Counted from the stretch's first letter, positions 13,861-36,685 are shown. The stretch: DNA of 64,000 nucleotides from Amoebidium appalachense (GCA_963693365.1 CAVNZM010000002.1:15409615-15473614); one strand, 5' to 3'. Notes: generated from the sequence alone by a model not told the origin. A program made the numbers and translations.

Positions 13861-14942
13861 GACCCACTGAAATCGGTTTCTTTAACAGTATGTATCCTCC
13901 TATATCTATTCAATCTACTTATTAGATGTCCCAGTACTGTAGCACGTATATTACCAATCTATTCAAAACGTTATTTACCAACTATTGCATGTGCACATGC
14001 TTGAGGGTTGTTTTTCATATGTCGGCGGTGGGAATGGGCTTCAGATGTTTCGGATGACGATCAACATGGCTATGGCATGGCCAGTTGGCCATGTGCAAAA
14101 CTAAATTCAGTGATTCGCGAGGCCGGGGACTCCTAAGGAAACTACGGAACTGTTACTCTTTGGGTCACAAGGTGGCTTTATGTAGTGTTCTGTGCCCCAG
14201 CAATTCACAACCCACCACTTAGAACTGCGTGCCACGCTGAGTACATGTGTACGGTAGGTTATGCCAGCTCTTGTATGTACGCGTGTACGGAGGCGTTGCC
14301 AAGTTGGGCAGCTGGCACAGCTGCTCGAGCTGCAGCTGAGCTGTGGAATTCAAATTAGTCTGGTACATGACGCCATGGTGCATCTTGATGTATAGGATAA
14401 GCTGCTTTCAAACAGCTAAAATGTCAGGAGTGAGTAAACACATGTAGGCTATAGCTGGGCCCAATTAGCAGTCGAGAAAAAGCCCGCTATACATTTTGGG
14501 TCAAGAACGACAGGGTTTGAACACATGCCTCAACCATTCCCTTCGAAAAGCCTATTGTAAGTGTATGCAACAAGGAACGAATTTGACTTCGAAGTTACCT
14601 CCATAGACAAGTTAAGAAATCCGAAACAATTCTTTGTTTTTTTTTCTTATTGGGTTGCCGTTTTTTCCTTTGAAGTTCTGACATCCCTCGCTGAAAGGAA
14701 TATTGTGGTATTACGCAACAATCGCGAAACCAAGCCCAGTATTTTCAAACGCCGAGCAATATCACAATCCACGCGGGTGACTGGGCAACACATGTGTGCA
14801 CGTTACATGTGTGTGTACTGTGCACCTGTGTGTCTGAATACACATTTTCCCTACCCCAATATCAACTAGGGAAACGGCAACAGTAACGTTTCGGTAACAT
14901 ACTTACACCAGACCTTGTTCCCCATATTCACTAGGTTCGAGA

Positions 14943-15725
14943 ATGAGTGGCCAAATCAACAAGGCAGTGGTGCCTATAGCTGCTGCCCTTTCGTTTGTTG
15001 CAGGGGCTGGGGTGACGTATTTCCTTTTGAAGCCAAAGGCCCCTGTGCCAGCACAGCAACAGGTACGACGCAGATAAACTTACCACTAAAGAGTTCCATC
15101 CCTTGCACAAATTTAGCCCATGCAACTCCAAGCTTGCCCCTCTCTCCCCCCCCTCCCCCTCCCTCCCTCCCCTCCTCCGGCCTCCCCCAGCCCCCCCCTC
15201 CTCCCCTCCCTTCCCTTCTGGAACATGCCGCCCTTGGCCCCCCTTTCCCACAGACGCACACATCTATTACAGATGCAAGGACAACACCAGGGGAATATGT
15301 ACCATTTACTTCTTTGAGTGGCAGGACAAGCTGTCTGCCCTGTTAGTTGCGCAGGCCCTACACACACCTAAGTGACGATGTACTCTTCATCACTCACCAA
15401 GTAGTATTCACCCATCTGTCCACCCACACATCAGCCCGCCTGCCCAAACACAAACTCCACAAAAACTTACTCTGCATGTAACACTGTGACAATAAGAGAA
15501 CCCAAACAAGCAAACAGTGCATGCACCCGTACAAAGCACGTTCGCACCAACGGAAACACCCATGCACACACACACACACACACACACACACACCGTGACA
15601 CACACACACAAGCCACACGATCACGTACACCTGCACGCATACCACACACACGCACACAAACGGCGGCATGCACACCCGTGCCCGCATGCACACACAACAC
15701 ACACACACACAAACAAACGCACACG

Positions 15726-15822
<97 letters not shown>

Positions 15823-16475
15823 TAAAAAACAGAGTACATGCCCGCGCACTTACACACACACACACACACAGCCAACACACACGAGTATCCACCCCAGTTT
15901 ACCCAGTCGACAATCCCCATGTTCTTCAAGACTCTCTCGAACACATCACAAGCCCAGCAAAAGTGACAGAATAAAACTAATTTTAACCAACTGCTTTGAC
16001 AAAGTGAGAGGGGGGGGGGGAGGGGGGGGGGAAGGGGGAGGAGGGGGTTTCAGGTGTGTGTGTCTGTATATATGAGTCAAAGGTCTACCATGCTATGTCT
16101 TTTGATTTGACCCATATTTGCATACACGACCCAACTGTGCTCTAACAACTTCAATGTTTATGTTTTCCCCCAGCCTGCAGCAGCAGTAGCAGGCAAAAGG
16201 CCACCCCCTCCACCACAGGGTGCACCAGTCCAACCGCCCACACCCGGTAGCAGCATTGCCTCCCAGCCCGGTGACATCATGAAGTATGGCTGGCCAGGTA
16301 CTAATGCCCCCCCCCCCCCCCCCCCTCCCCCCCCCCCCCCCCCCCCCCCAGCCCTTAAACCCCCCCCTCCCCCTCTCCTCCACATGCCCTCGCCTCCGCT
16401 CTCGCCCCCGCCGTCGCCCCCGATGATATAAACTGTGTCGTGTTAGATTTGTAAAGCTCATTCATTATACTGCAG

Positions 16476-16518
<43 letters not shown>

Positions 16519-16576
16519 ACCATGCCTCCCTTTAGTGTTTATTGCTATTGTTACGTTCTTTGGCAGCGAATAAATG

Positions 16577-16607
<31 letters not shown>

Positions 16608-17005
16608 AAAAAAAAAAAAAAAAAGAGACACCATCCGCCTTCATCCTTGCGCTACAAAAACCAGCACTGTTTCAATTCTTAGAAATTTAGTTTGTAAGTT
16701 GCCATTCAATCACTGCCCACCACCTGATTCTAATGTATCCATTTAGTTTAGAGGTTGACGAAGGCCGGTGGAGTTATACTTGGGTGAAATTTGTTATTTA
16801 CTGAAGTGCATCGGGTCCGTCTTTTCCTTGCAGGGTTCGAAAACATCAAGAAGAAAGAGGGACACATTCTCTCTTATGATCGAAAGGCAAAGACAGCTCA
16901 CTGGGTGTGTGAGCGAATCAACAGGCAGCAATTGCAGCAGGTACACCAATCAGCAGGCACCATTAAAAAGAAACTGTGGGCAGGCATGATATCAAGCCTC
17001 CACGT

Positions 17006-17053
<48 letters not shown>

Positions 17054-17059
17054 GCACGC

Positions 17060-17104
<45 letters not shown>

Positions 17105-17245
17105 GCACACACGTGCAAGCATGGGCACATGCCTCCACAGACACACAGATATGCACTTAGGCACAGCAATTAAAGTTACACATACATTATGCAAAAGCAC
17201 ACAGCCAATTACATCACACACACACACACACATACACACACACAC

Positions 17246-17331
<86 letters not shown>

Positions 17332-17398
17332 GCAAACGCAAACGCACGCACACACACACACTATACATACACACACAAATACACACAAACACACACAC

Positions 17399-17483
<85 letters not shown>

Positions 17484-18562
17484 ACGCACATCCACCCACA
17501 CCCACATGCTGGTCCCCCCCCCCCCCCCAAAAAAAAAAAAAAAAAAAAACCTCATCCCCCCCCCCCCACCCCCCCCCCCCCGCAACAAAAGAAAAGAAAA
17601 GAAAAACCCTTGCAATTTAACCGGTTTCCCAAGCGATTATTTGTCGTTTATTTGCATATAAACTTTATTCGATGCACAGCATGACCCCCCCGGCCTCTCC
17701 CACTACCCTCCACTCCTCCCTGTATGTCGTGACCGGTACTTGGCTCAACGAAAAGCTAGTTTCCCACACATAAGATGTAGGCTATGCATTCTTGATATAC
17801 TGTCCACATAGGGTTGGACTAATATGTACCTTCTACGAGAAAACACTTTTTGTTTTTCGTAATTTTCGACCCATCGCAGCGATCGAAACCCCTTTGACCC
17901 TATACTTACATGAAAGCTGATTTTTTGCTCTCTCGAGCGGTTCTATTTGTTTGTTAGCGACGCGCGACCACAAAAATTTTATTAGGATATATGTGTTTTT
18001 CATTAAAGAACCTTTTTTCACCAGATGACGATTGAATCGAGACTCAGACATCGACCAATCATCAAATCAATGTGGCTCAAGATCAAACTACAAAATTTGA
18101 AACATAGCTAACCATTGGATATTAAAGTTAGATAATCGATGCCGATTGAGCTTTAACTTCGGAGTGTCTTCTCGTTGAAGGTACATATTAGCAATCCAGA
18201 CACACCCTGACAACCCAACTCGATATGAAGCGGTTTTATTGTTCCCTTTTCAAAGGAACACATTTTCCTTTATATGCAAATACTTTCGTCCGCACATAAT
18301 TGCTATTTCCCCCTGTGTGTAAATCAAAAGGGCCTTGGAGGTTGTACTCATTCACCAATTACATGCAGCGGAATGCGGAGCGCAGTGCGTGCCAATTCTT
18401 TGAGGATATGACCGAACACGAGCTTTTCCGGGCAAAACTTAACGACTACAGGTAAGTTCCCGTTCCCCCAAGCGCAAATGTGCTACAATCCCCCTCCCCG
18501 CCCCCATTCCCACACCCAAACACCATCTCCCCCCTCTCTCCCCCTTCCCCACCCAAGCACCA

Positions 18563-18606
<44 letters not shown>

Positions 18607-18930
18607 CCCCGCCCCTTCCCCGTCCCTCGGGCTTGTGCATTCCTTTTGCTCTCACGGTGACCAGGCTGTGATATGGGGAGCTGTTGCTTGGCATATCCCT
18701 CTGACAATTAATCAGGTACACCACGGTGGGTATTACTGGTATAACAAATCCCCTTCACACAAAAGGATGCCTACCTCCTTGCTTACCCCTATGCTCTTTC
18801 CAACACACACTGACACGTGTGTTTAGGCGCAGTGGGTATGACCGAGGTCACTTGGCTGCAGCTGGCAACCACAACTACAGTGCTACGGCAATGTGCGACA
18901 CATTCTCCCTGAGCAACATGAGCCCACAGG

Positions 18931-18961
<31 letters not shown>

Positions 18962-18993
18962 TGGGGGGGGGGGGGGGGGGGTGCGTGCGTGTG

Positions 18994-19037
<44 letters not shown>

Positions 19038-19459
19038 TGTGTGCGTGTGTACGTGCGTGCGTGTGTGTATTGGTGTATTGGTGTCCGTGAGGTGTGTGTG
19101 GATGTGGCGTCTGCATGTGTGCGTGCGTGTTGATGTGCATGTGTTTGCGTCTCTGTGGTTGCGAGAGGAGAATTTGTGTGTATGTGTGGTCCGGTGTGGG
19201 GGAGGGGCGGGGGGTTACACACATCGGCGAATGATTTTCCATGGGATTCGTGGATGACCATTTCATTACATGTGTTGTTGGCCTGATTGCATTCGACAGC
19301 ACTTGTAGCAGGAGCATGGAGGTGGTTGCGGATTTTGTGTTTTTGTCTTGTGCGTTATTTTGAGTGGGGATGTGTGCTCTTTTTTTTTTTTTTTTTTTGT
19401 GGGTGGTGGTAGTGGTGGTGGGGTCGTGGGAAGGTTGGATGGGTGGGTGGGGTGGGGGT

Positions 19460-19507
<48 letters not shown>

Positions 19508-19958
19508 GGGTGGAGGGACTTGGAGGCGGGGTAAAGGGAAGAGGTGGGGAAGGAGGGGGGGGGGGAGGGGGGCTAGAGGGAGGGAATGGAGGTATGTGGG
19601 AATGGTAGGAATGAGTATGCTGGGATAGAATTGATGTGCACATGGCCTAGGCCTAGGGCATATCACTCCTGCTCTTCCCTTCACAAAGTACTCTCACACC
19701 TATAGGGCAATACTCCCCGTAAGTGAAAAGAGTTGAAGTGTAACATCAGATTCCAAATATGGAACCCACCCACACATGCCTACCACGACTCATTACATTG
19801 GCAGGTGGGCAAGGGGTTCAATCGGGACTATTGGAACTCTCTGGAAGGCTATGCCAGAGGCCTTACAAAAGAATGGGAAAACGGTAAATTGCCCCCCCCC
19901 CCATCTCCCCTCCCCTTCCCCTAAAAAAAAAAAAAAAAAAAAGAAACAAACAAGAATA

Positions 19959-20007
<49 letters not shown>

Positions 20008-20312
20008 TGCAGTTTGTGGGCACACACGTGAGCACACATCCAATGATATAGGGACACGTACACAATGCTTTATGCAGACACGCCCGTGAAAACACACACA
20101 CACACACTAAGTAAGCACGCAAACATGTCGCGCGCCCGATGTGAGACAAAGAGCTGAGATGTGCAAATGGGGGGGGGGGGGGGGGGGGGGGGAGGGAGGG
20201 GGGGGGGGAGGGGGGGAGGGGGGAAGGGGCACGTATATACCACTTGAAGAAGACTTTACAACAGAACAGTGCCCGTGGATGCTCCTCCTGCCTCCACCCA
20301 AAATTTGTATCT

Positions 20313-20343
<31 letters not shown>

Positions 20344-21036
20344 TCCTCCCGCGCCCCACACCCCATTCCACCCCACCAACCCTGGCCCACCTTCCCGAAG
20401 GGCAAGCTTCGTGTGGAGGCGAACGGATTGAAAACTGGGGTACAGTCGGTGTCTCGGCTTCCCTCCGAGGATGGAATCTACTGATATTGCACCGTGTCAC
20501 TGAGTCCTATTTTGCGTTTCTTATCTTACCTTCTTATCTATTTATATATTATATAAATATAATATATAATATATATATATATATATATTTCTTATCTTAT
20601 CTTACTATCCTACCTGTCACGGTTACATGTGCACTTTTTTCTGTACACCGCAACCTCCCACGGTCTCCCGCTCCCCCTTTCATCTTTCCCAACCATACTG
20701 ACAACATTTACCCATGTTCAGTGTACATGTGCACCGGACCCCTCTACCTGCCGACACAGAACGAAAACGGGCGCACATACGTGAAGTATGAAGTCATTGG
20801 AGAGACAAGGGTTGCTGTGCCTACACACTTCTTCAAGACTTTGCTGATGGAAAAGGATGGAGGGTAGGTGCATGCGTGTGTTGTGTGTTTGTGGTTTTGT
20901 GATTTGTGGTTGTGTGGTGTGTGTGCCCACGCGGTGGGTGGCGAGGGGAGGGTTTTTTAGTTTATTTTTTTTTATTTTGTGTGTGTGTGTGTGTGTGAGG
21001 GGCTGTGGGGAGGATAAGGCGGGGGCGGGGGTGTGT

Positions 21037-21089
<53 letters not shown>

Positions 21090-21466
21090 TGGACTCTTCG
21101 ATGCCTGTGTATGTCCAGGCAGGGGTCTCGGAGCGTGATATCGCTCGTGTGTATATCATCTTGTACCTTGGTGGCATGGCCCACATGATGCACATGTTCT
21201 AAGTAGATATTTGTACTCTAAGCAAATAGACCCTCTATATCTCAAAGCAAGTAGGAATTCACACAGGCTGACCTCCATGCATTGTGCCCCACTTGTCCGT
21301 TCTCACCTGATCCCCTTCCCCCACTCCCTCGCCTGCCCGCCTTCCCGCGTGCTCGCCTGCCCCCCGGCCCTCACTCATGTTGCATATTTTTTTGGCATGT
21401 ACATTTCCATGTATCAGAATTGTTTTGTCCACCGTGAAGTGTGCACTTTGTGCTGTCCATCATATT

Positions 21467-21498
<32 letters not shown>

Positions 21499-21739
21499 TT
21501 CCCCCCCCATCTCCCCCCCAGGTCTACGGTAGAGATCCAGGCCTTTATTCTTCCGAATGCCCCCATCGATGAGTCCACCCCCCTGCAGTCATTCCGTGTG
21601 CCCCTGCAAGAGGTGGGTTGATTGAAACTTGGTGTTTTTTGCCTGTATTTTTACGTCTGTGTTTGTGGGTGCAGGGAGGTGTACGTGTGTGCGTGGGTAC
21701 GGGTGTGTGCGGGTGGGTGGGCGGGCGCGCGTGCGTGCG

Positions 21740-21816
<77 letters not shown>

Positions 21817-21982
21817 CTGTGTGTGTGTGCCTGTGTTTGTATGTATGTTTGTGTTTGAGGGGTGTGTGGAGGGTATACTTAGTACTTGGAGCTAACGCAC
21901 ACTCACCTCACAGGTTGAGAGAGCATCGGGCCACCTCTTCTACGAAAATCTACCTGGCAAATATGCCAAGGTGAAGGTGTGA
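14943..21982 (+). CDS. ENDOG: Endonuclease G / NUC1-family mitochondrial DNA/RNA non-specific nuclease, ~305 aa, 9 exons
   Basis: Exons 14943-15062, 16174-16297, 16834-16940, 18369-18451, 18827-18929, 19805-19883, 20722-20863, 21522-21612 and 21914-21982, all GT-AG and phase-consistent (918 nt). Motifs: [20 protein letters not shown], catalytic [52 protein letters not shown]. Confidence 0.95.
17819..18191. mobile_element. MITE (~370 bp) with 29-bp terminal inverted repeats in EndoG intron 3
   Basis: Left CTAATATGTACCTTCTACGAGAAAACACT versus the reverse complement of the right end CTAATATGTACCTTCAACGAGAAGACACT (27/29). AT-rich non-coding interior. Possible TA target duplication. Confidence 0.75.
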
Positions 21983-23308
21983 ACCAATCTAGAACTCTTG
22001 CCCCAATTTTTTCTTTCCAAAACTGACTGAAACGAGCAAACATGAACTGACAAGACTTGTGCTCAGTAGTGTTGCATTTGGTGGGAATAATTCGACCGAT
22101 AAGCCATGTTTCGTAACTCTGTATTTTGATGCAGTAATTGTGCGTAATCGGGGACAGGACTGTCTTCGACATGCATCCGAATTTTTTGTTGTTTTGATAT
22201 TTCTACTTTTTTTTCAATTTTTCTATGCATGGTGGTGGGTTCTGTAAAAACTACATATCTCAGGTTCTGACCTGAGAGATGTAGTTTTAACATGTTGATA
22301 TAAGCCCCGTAAGTACACAGGAACGTATGTAGGCTGAAGGTTGAAACTGAAATTTCACATAAAACCACACCACCCACCCACACAGACATTGTTGTACGCA
22401 CTATGGGTACACACATGTGTGTTCAAGAGCAAAGCCTGATGCATCTGTAATATGATATTGAAACGGATTCTCTTTTTCCTTTGTGAAGATCCCCCCTCCC
22501 CCCCTCTTTTCCCGTTATCGCAAGTGGTGAGTACCTGGGTTATGGAACATGCTAAACGTACAGAGATAATGTCGTAATATCACAAGCGGGAAACACCCCA
22601 GGAGGGTTTTGACACCCTGTATAAACAGCAACAGGTGTGCACTGGTTGCACAGTGATCAGTAAAAGTAGTCACTGTGGCCGGTGGCTATCCATGGTTGCT
22701 GAACATTTCTTGCGGATGGTTGCTGAACATTTCTTGCGGATGATAGCTAAAATATTCGCGGTTTTTTCCGGTTATAGTTATCAAATGTACACAAAGTGCT
22801 GCCTGGGCGGTGCGTATGATGCACATGTGTTTATGTGGTATGCATTTGCGCTACATGTAGTAAGATGCACAGGTAGGTACCTATATAGACTCACATGTAT
22901 TTCACGCACCGGATTATGTGATCATGGGCATGACTTATTCAGGTGCGCACCTGCATATGGCCAGTGGCAAGTACGTGGTGAACATGTCGATGCGCTGTGG
23001 CACGTGCACACACACACACACACATGTACACAACGTGTGTGCGCGCACACACACACACACACACATGTACACAACGTGTGTGCGCGCGCACACACACAAA
23101 ATCACGCACACACAAACACACATGCAGACATGCACACAGGCACAGACACACAAGCGCGCGCGCCATTCATGTACGGGTGCATATGAATATGTGACAGTAT
23201 AATAACTAAGATAGGTGTGCAATAAGCAGCCTGAAGGCCATCACACACAATCGATATCACGGCAACACTGTCCACATGAGCCACGTTTATTCGTAAAATA
23301 CTGCGCAG

Positions 23309-23345
<37 letters not shown>

Positions 23346-23412
23346 CCCCCTCCCCCCCCCCCCCCCCCCTCCCCCGCCCTCCGCCCTCCGAGAGAGAGAG
23401 AGAGAAAGAGAG

Positions 23413-23486
<74 letters not shown>

Positions 23487-23569
23487 AAGGGGGGTGGGTG
23501 GGTGGGGGGGGGGAGAGGGGGAGGGGAGCAGGGGGAGAAGGGAGCGAGAGAGAGAGAGAGAATCGAGAG

Positions 23570-23610
<41 letters not shown>

Positions 23611-24596
23611 AATTCTTCAGACGGGCAGGCACGTGCACGTGGACAAAGTGACTGACTGTCGTTGCAACGTGTGCACACAGTGCCCAAGAAATGTTGCATG
23701 TTGCCGATTTGTTTTGTTTTCAGAAACCAGAATTTCTCTTTGTTGTCCCATGCTACCTATAATATCATGATACAGCATACTCTGGCAGGATAAACTGATA
23801 GATATACAAGTTTTTAACATATTGCAGAAAGGCATCCGCTTCTGCAGTGGCCTGTGCTCAAATTGACCTTTTTGCTAGCCTTCTCCCGGTCCCGGTTTCT
23901 TTTATTGGTTTCACGGCGCATTTGTTGATTTATCGGCTGTATTGCCCCTCGGACACTCCATGCATAAATGGCTTTCCTTCACAACCTTTTCCTGTATATC
24001 TCAGTGTATATCTCGTAATCGTGACGGATATCGGACAAATCGGATTGCTTGATTGGATCGGCTAATCGGATCGGGAACCGGTGGCGCACACAAAATTTGG
24101 CGGCCACCGACTGGTGCAAGGCGCTTCAGTTGTGTGACAGCTTTAGCAAGGGAGAGAAGGGGGCATGCAGGTGTACATGCACTAGCAAGAGAACACGGAA
24201 AATATATAAGGATGCGCACAGATGTAGAGAAAGAGTGAAAGACGCAGAGGGGAAGAGCGTTATTACTTACCTGGAAGGGGCTATTCGGGCCCAAAGCGTT
24301 TGTTGAGTCGAAATTTCGAGGTTGGACAGTCAACCTCAGGGTCCCAGCTTTTGAGCCACGTATAGTTGTTGTGTAGTTAGACTCATGGTGTTGCGTATTA
24401 TAGTATTGATTATTAGGAAAGCATAGCTCTTGGAGGCAGTAGAAGATTCTCCTGGAGTTCTGGGCAAAGTGTTGAGAGCTTTTCACAGCACATGAGCACA
24501 CACCACTATGTTGGCAATCTTGTGTGAATGTAGCCAACACCTAATACGACCTAGTTATACCTTGACCATTGCGGAAAAAACATCTTTGTTCGGAAG

Positions 24597-32075
<7,479 letters not shown>

Positions 32076-33011
32076 CACTGTTTGTGTGTCCCTCTGTGTG
32101 TGGGTGCTTTGTGGAGACACGAACATGGTGGGTAGCTGGCTGCTGTGGTGGTGGGCGTAAAGTTGCATAAATGACTCGTAGTCTTTGTAGTCTCTGTGAT
32201 GTACAGTGATGTATACGAAGCATCATGCACTTGCACACAAGCCCACAACATTCACGATGCTCTTAGTCTAAAAAAAATAGCCATCGTACTGAATATTTCA
32301 ATATAAAAATGATTTGGCATGTACTGGTGGGTGTAGTCGACAATGCTTCTTTTTTTTTTTTTTTTTTTTTTTTTTTTAGGTGATCACAGAAGTATCTGTT
32401 GCTTGCAGATCTGGGCTAAAAACATAGCCAATGCTTGTTTTTTTGTTCTCTTTCCACGTCGGGGGTAATTTTGAAGTGCCTGTTTGAGCGTTTGTTGTGA
32501 TTGGGTACATAGGGATGGGTTCTGGGGGGGATTGGAAGGGGGGGGGGGGGGGGGGGGGGGGGGGGGTGTGGATTCAGTGTACATAGTGGGTGTTATCCGG
32601 CGTTTGGTTTCCTGGTACATATACATATGTATGCCAAAAATAGTATGCAACAAAATGTATCTTGGTGGCTCAGTTTGTGCACATTGTATGTGTAGGGGGC
32701 AACGGGGAAAAAGAATGGACTCAAAAATTTTGTGCATGTTTGGCAATGCGCGCCAGGCCCTATGCCTGGATGATGCTCACCGTGGCACGTGTGTCCTGTA
32801 TGTATCAAAAATGCAGGATAGCAATGTATTCGTGCTAATAATATCTGGTTCTGAGAAGCGTCTTTTCAATTGTGTACATGCAGGTCAGAGTGTGCACGTG
32901 TGTGTGTGTATGTTGTGTCTGTGTGTGTGTGCCTGTGTGTATGTGTGTGTGTTTGGGCGTCACATGTGGCGTGTGTGTGTGTGCCTGCCACGGTGTGTGT
33001 GTGTGTGTGTA

Positions 33012-33088
<77 letters not shown>

Positions 33089-33159
33089 CACGGTACAACC
33101 AGCTGTATAGGCGGGGCAGCGCAGGCGCCTCCCCGGGGAGGATCCGGAGGAGGAGGAGG

Positions 33160-33197
<38 letters not shown>

Positions 33198-33213
33198 CCG
33201 GGGGTGATTAGGT

Positions 33214-33282
33214 CGAATCAGAAGCCGTAACCGCAGACTTGATATGGTTAAGAGCGAGCCTTCTGATTCGCATGTATAAATA
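33214..33282 (+). promoter_or_regulatory. Inverted repeat followed by a TATA box upstream of the mL50 gene
   Basis: CGAATCAGAAG (33214-33224) and CTTCTGATTCG (33260-33270) are perfect 11-bp arms with an inner TAACC/GGTTA pair. TATAAATA follows at 33275, about 430 bp before the ATG. Confidence 0.35.
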
Positions 33283-33707
33283 GAGAATCTGATCTAAAAA
33301 TAGCTAGGCCCCTGATTGCGCCGCCCACCGAGTCCCGCGCCCAAACCCGCTGCGCGGTCGCCCGGCTCAGCGTGCACACCGGCCGCGGCAGCGCATGCAT
33401 GCATATGATTCACGTGTGTGACTTTTACACGTTTGTACGTGTCTTGTATGGTATACCGTCTCTGCCTGAAGACACATGTTGTTGAGTCTGTATAGAGCTG
33501 TGTAGACATTCTACAAGGACGGTCAATATAATACACGTCGCAGCATACAAATACTGCCTGCTTCGCCGTGTTTGTGCATGGTTCTCAATTAACTAGCCTC
33601 ACTGCAGGATTACAAAGTCATACTGGGAATCAGACACGCTACAGCCATACACTAGATTCAGCAACTACACGCCGTCCATCCCCTAAGATACAAGACACGC
33701 CACCAAC

Positions 33708-34397
33708 ATGCAGTCGACGGTGCGGGCTCTGTGCGCGGCCCAAAGAATTGTTCCCCAGGCAGCAAACATGGCAACAGTGAGCAGTGCGCGCGCCTCTTTG
33801 GCAGGTGGGTTGAGGTCTGTTTAGTGGGTTTTGGTGTGCATGGTTTTGGGTTGAGTAAGCCAGCTGTAAGGGGGGGAAGCGTACGTGGAGACTGATCGCA
33901 AAGATTTTCAATGGTGTTGGCCCTTTCCCCCGTTCCCCCCCCCCCCCCCCCCCCCCCCAGCTCTCTCACACACTCTCTCACTCCCTCTTTCACTCTCTTC
34001 CCCTCCGACGCCCCTTTCTCCCCTTCTCTCACTGTCTCTCTCTCTGTGTGTGTGTGTGTGTGTGTGCGCGCGCGCGCGCGTGTGTGTGCTTGTGTGTGTG
34101 TGTGTGTGTGCGCGCGCGTGCGTGTGTGTGTGTGTGTGTGTGTGCGTGTGTGCGTGTGTGCTTGTGTGTGTTCCTGCATGTGTCGCATCCACTGGTTCTC
34201 GTTGTGCTCCTTTCCATGTACACGGACACACGTCTTCCTCACATATTCCTCCCCCTTGCACCCTGTCTCTCTTCCAGTCTCCCCCTTTGTTACGTTCGAA
34301 TCTCTGATTCCGCCATCCTCTGTTGTTCCCTCTTGTTAGCTATTGACCTTTTCTCTAACAACTCGCACCAATATATCCTCTCTCCCCTCTCTCTCTC

Positions 34398-34452
<55 letters not shown>

Positions 34453-34802
34453 ACACACTTCCCCACTCTCGTTCACTGCGTGTCTATGGCTTTCCGTTCC
34501 CAACGAGGCCCAATCCATATCCTACACTCCACCCCCTCTGTCAACACTTTTTTTTTTTTTTTTTTTTTAACCTAAGGGGGGGGGGGGGGGGGGGTAGGAA
34601 GGATGGATTTGTATGAATATGGGAAGTATGAACAACCCCTGCTGTGTATTAGGTTGGAGGGACTTTCATTTGTGATATTTATTTGTTTATTTATTTATTT
34701 ATTTATTTTTTGGGGGGAGAGGGAGGGGGGGTAGGCGGGAGGGATATGCACCATAATTTTCTCTACCAGCCCGTCCCCCTGTGTATCCTGTTGTACACCC
34801 AT

Positions 34803-34841
<39 letters not shown>

Positions 34842-35048
34842 GGCGGCTAAACCCCCTACTGCCGGTTTTCTGCTGCAGGCACATGCACAAGTCAATCCGC
34901 ATTGGGTTGGACTCGTCATGCCAAGTTAGGCATGACCAAGTCTGCTAGCTATCACATGCCTGTGGTTATGTGGTTATCTAATAAATTGTTCACACACGTA
35001 CACACATGCACATGCACATGCACACACACACATACACACAGGCGCACG

Positions 35049-35099
<51 letters not shown>

Positions 35100-35478
35100 A
35101 GTGCGTGCTGAAAAGAAGACCGGTCTCTTTGGCAGTCTCCTTGGTTTTGGACGTAAGGAAACCCCTGCACCAGCACAGCCAGAACCAGTCAGGTGAGTAA
35201 TATTCTGAAATTACACGAAATTTCACATATTTATCTCACGGTGGTAGGATCTGGTAGGTTGGTGTCAGGCATCCATTTCATTAATATTGTAGCCCCAAAA
35301 GTAGAATCGTTGATATCGGGCTTATTGCACTGGCCATATTGACTAGGGCGTGTTTGGAGTTCCCTGACCCTCCCCCCCCCCCCCCCCCCCCCTCCCCCCC
35401 CCAATCCGTTGTTCAGACGCACCCAACCCCCTCCCCCTCCCTCCCCCCTCCCCCCCCCCCCCCCCCCCACCACCACCA

Positions 35479-35515
<37 letters not shown>

Positions 35516-36012
35516 TACACACGCACACACACACACACACACACCCTGCATACACGATCACACAACCACCATATTAACTGTCCCCTCCACCCTCCTTTTT
35601 GACCCCCCTCAGCCAACCAGAACAGACGAAGCAACAAAAAGTTACAGCACGTGCCAGTCGTGCCGACATGCCGGTGCACGAACGGATGGAGTTTGTGATT
35701 GGTCGGGAGATACCCCATGCCATGGCCGGGGGCAAGTGGGAGACATTTTCATTGGACAATCCGTACATCAAGTTTAGGGTGAGTGGGAACGGGCATGTGC
35801 ACGTGTGTGTTGGCGGTTCACGCACACACGTGTTTATGTATTGCACATATGCTTGTGTTTATGTATTGCACATATGCTTGTGTTTATGTTTGTCTTGCAC
35901 ACGTGCACGCGTTTATGTTTTCATATTGTTGTTGTACATATGCATGTGTTTATATTGTTGTCCCCCCCCCCCCCCCCCCCCCCCCACCCCACCCCACCCC
36001 CACGCGTGCGCG

Positions 36013-36066
<54 letters not shown>

Positions 36067-36293
36067 TCAAATTGGCCAAGATGTGTTGCCTCACATATTG
36101 CGGTCGAAACAAAGTTTGGGTTGGGAACAACACTCTAGAGGGCAAAGAGTTGGAGCACACATGTGTTGGGGAATGGGAAAACCCTGATAATATTGCTCTG
36201 CTCAAGTATAGTACCGTACATGTAGTTGGTGTTTGTTTTGTGTTTTGTTTTGGTGGTGTTCATATGTCTTTGCTTTATGTTTGCCATCATCTA

Positions 36294-36327
<34 letters not shown>

Positions 36328-36475
36328 CTTCTCTTTTCCACGTCGCGTCACTACCCACTTTTAGATAACACATGCAGTATGCTTTCTTCTCACGCACACA
36401 CAACACAGGCTAAATCATTCACTCACTCACTCACTCACTCACTCACTCACACACACACACACACACGCACGCACG

Positions 36476-36507
<32 letters not shown>

Positions 36508-36685
36508 GATACTGCGTGCCTTTGAGGAGGAGTTCAGACGGGATTTTGGCAACCACCAACTGCACACGTTAAAGACGCTTGCCGATGTGAAGGCTATTCT
36601 CGATGTGCCCCAACACACCTCCCAGCCTGCGTTCCCCAGCGTTGACTTTAAGGATCTGCCAGCCAACCTGTCCATCCAACAATAG
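33708..36685 (+). CDS. MRPL50: Mitochondrial ribosomal protein mL50 family, ~176 aa, 4 exons
   Basis: Exons 33708-33804, 35102-35192, 35613-35778 and 36509-36685 (531 nt, phase-consistent). The N-terminus is Ala/Arg/Ser-rich without acidic residues, like a targeting peptide. The core [45 protein letters not shown]...DLPANLSI matches the mL50 pattern (W..SL.D..LKF; N..LH...T..DV; LP.NL.I). An extra small exon near 34879 cannot be excluded. Confidence 0.78.
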
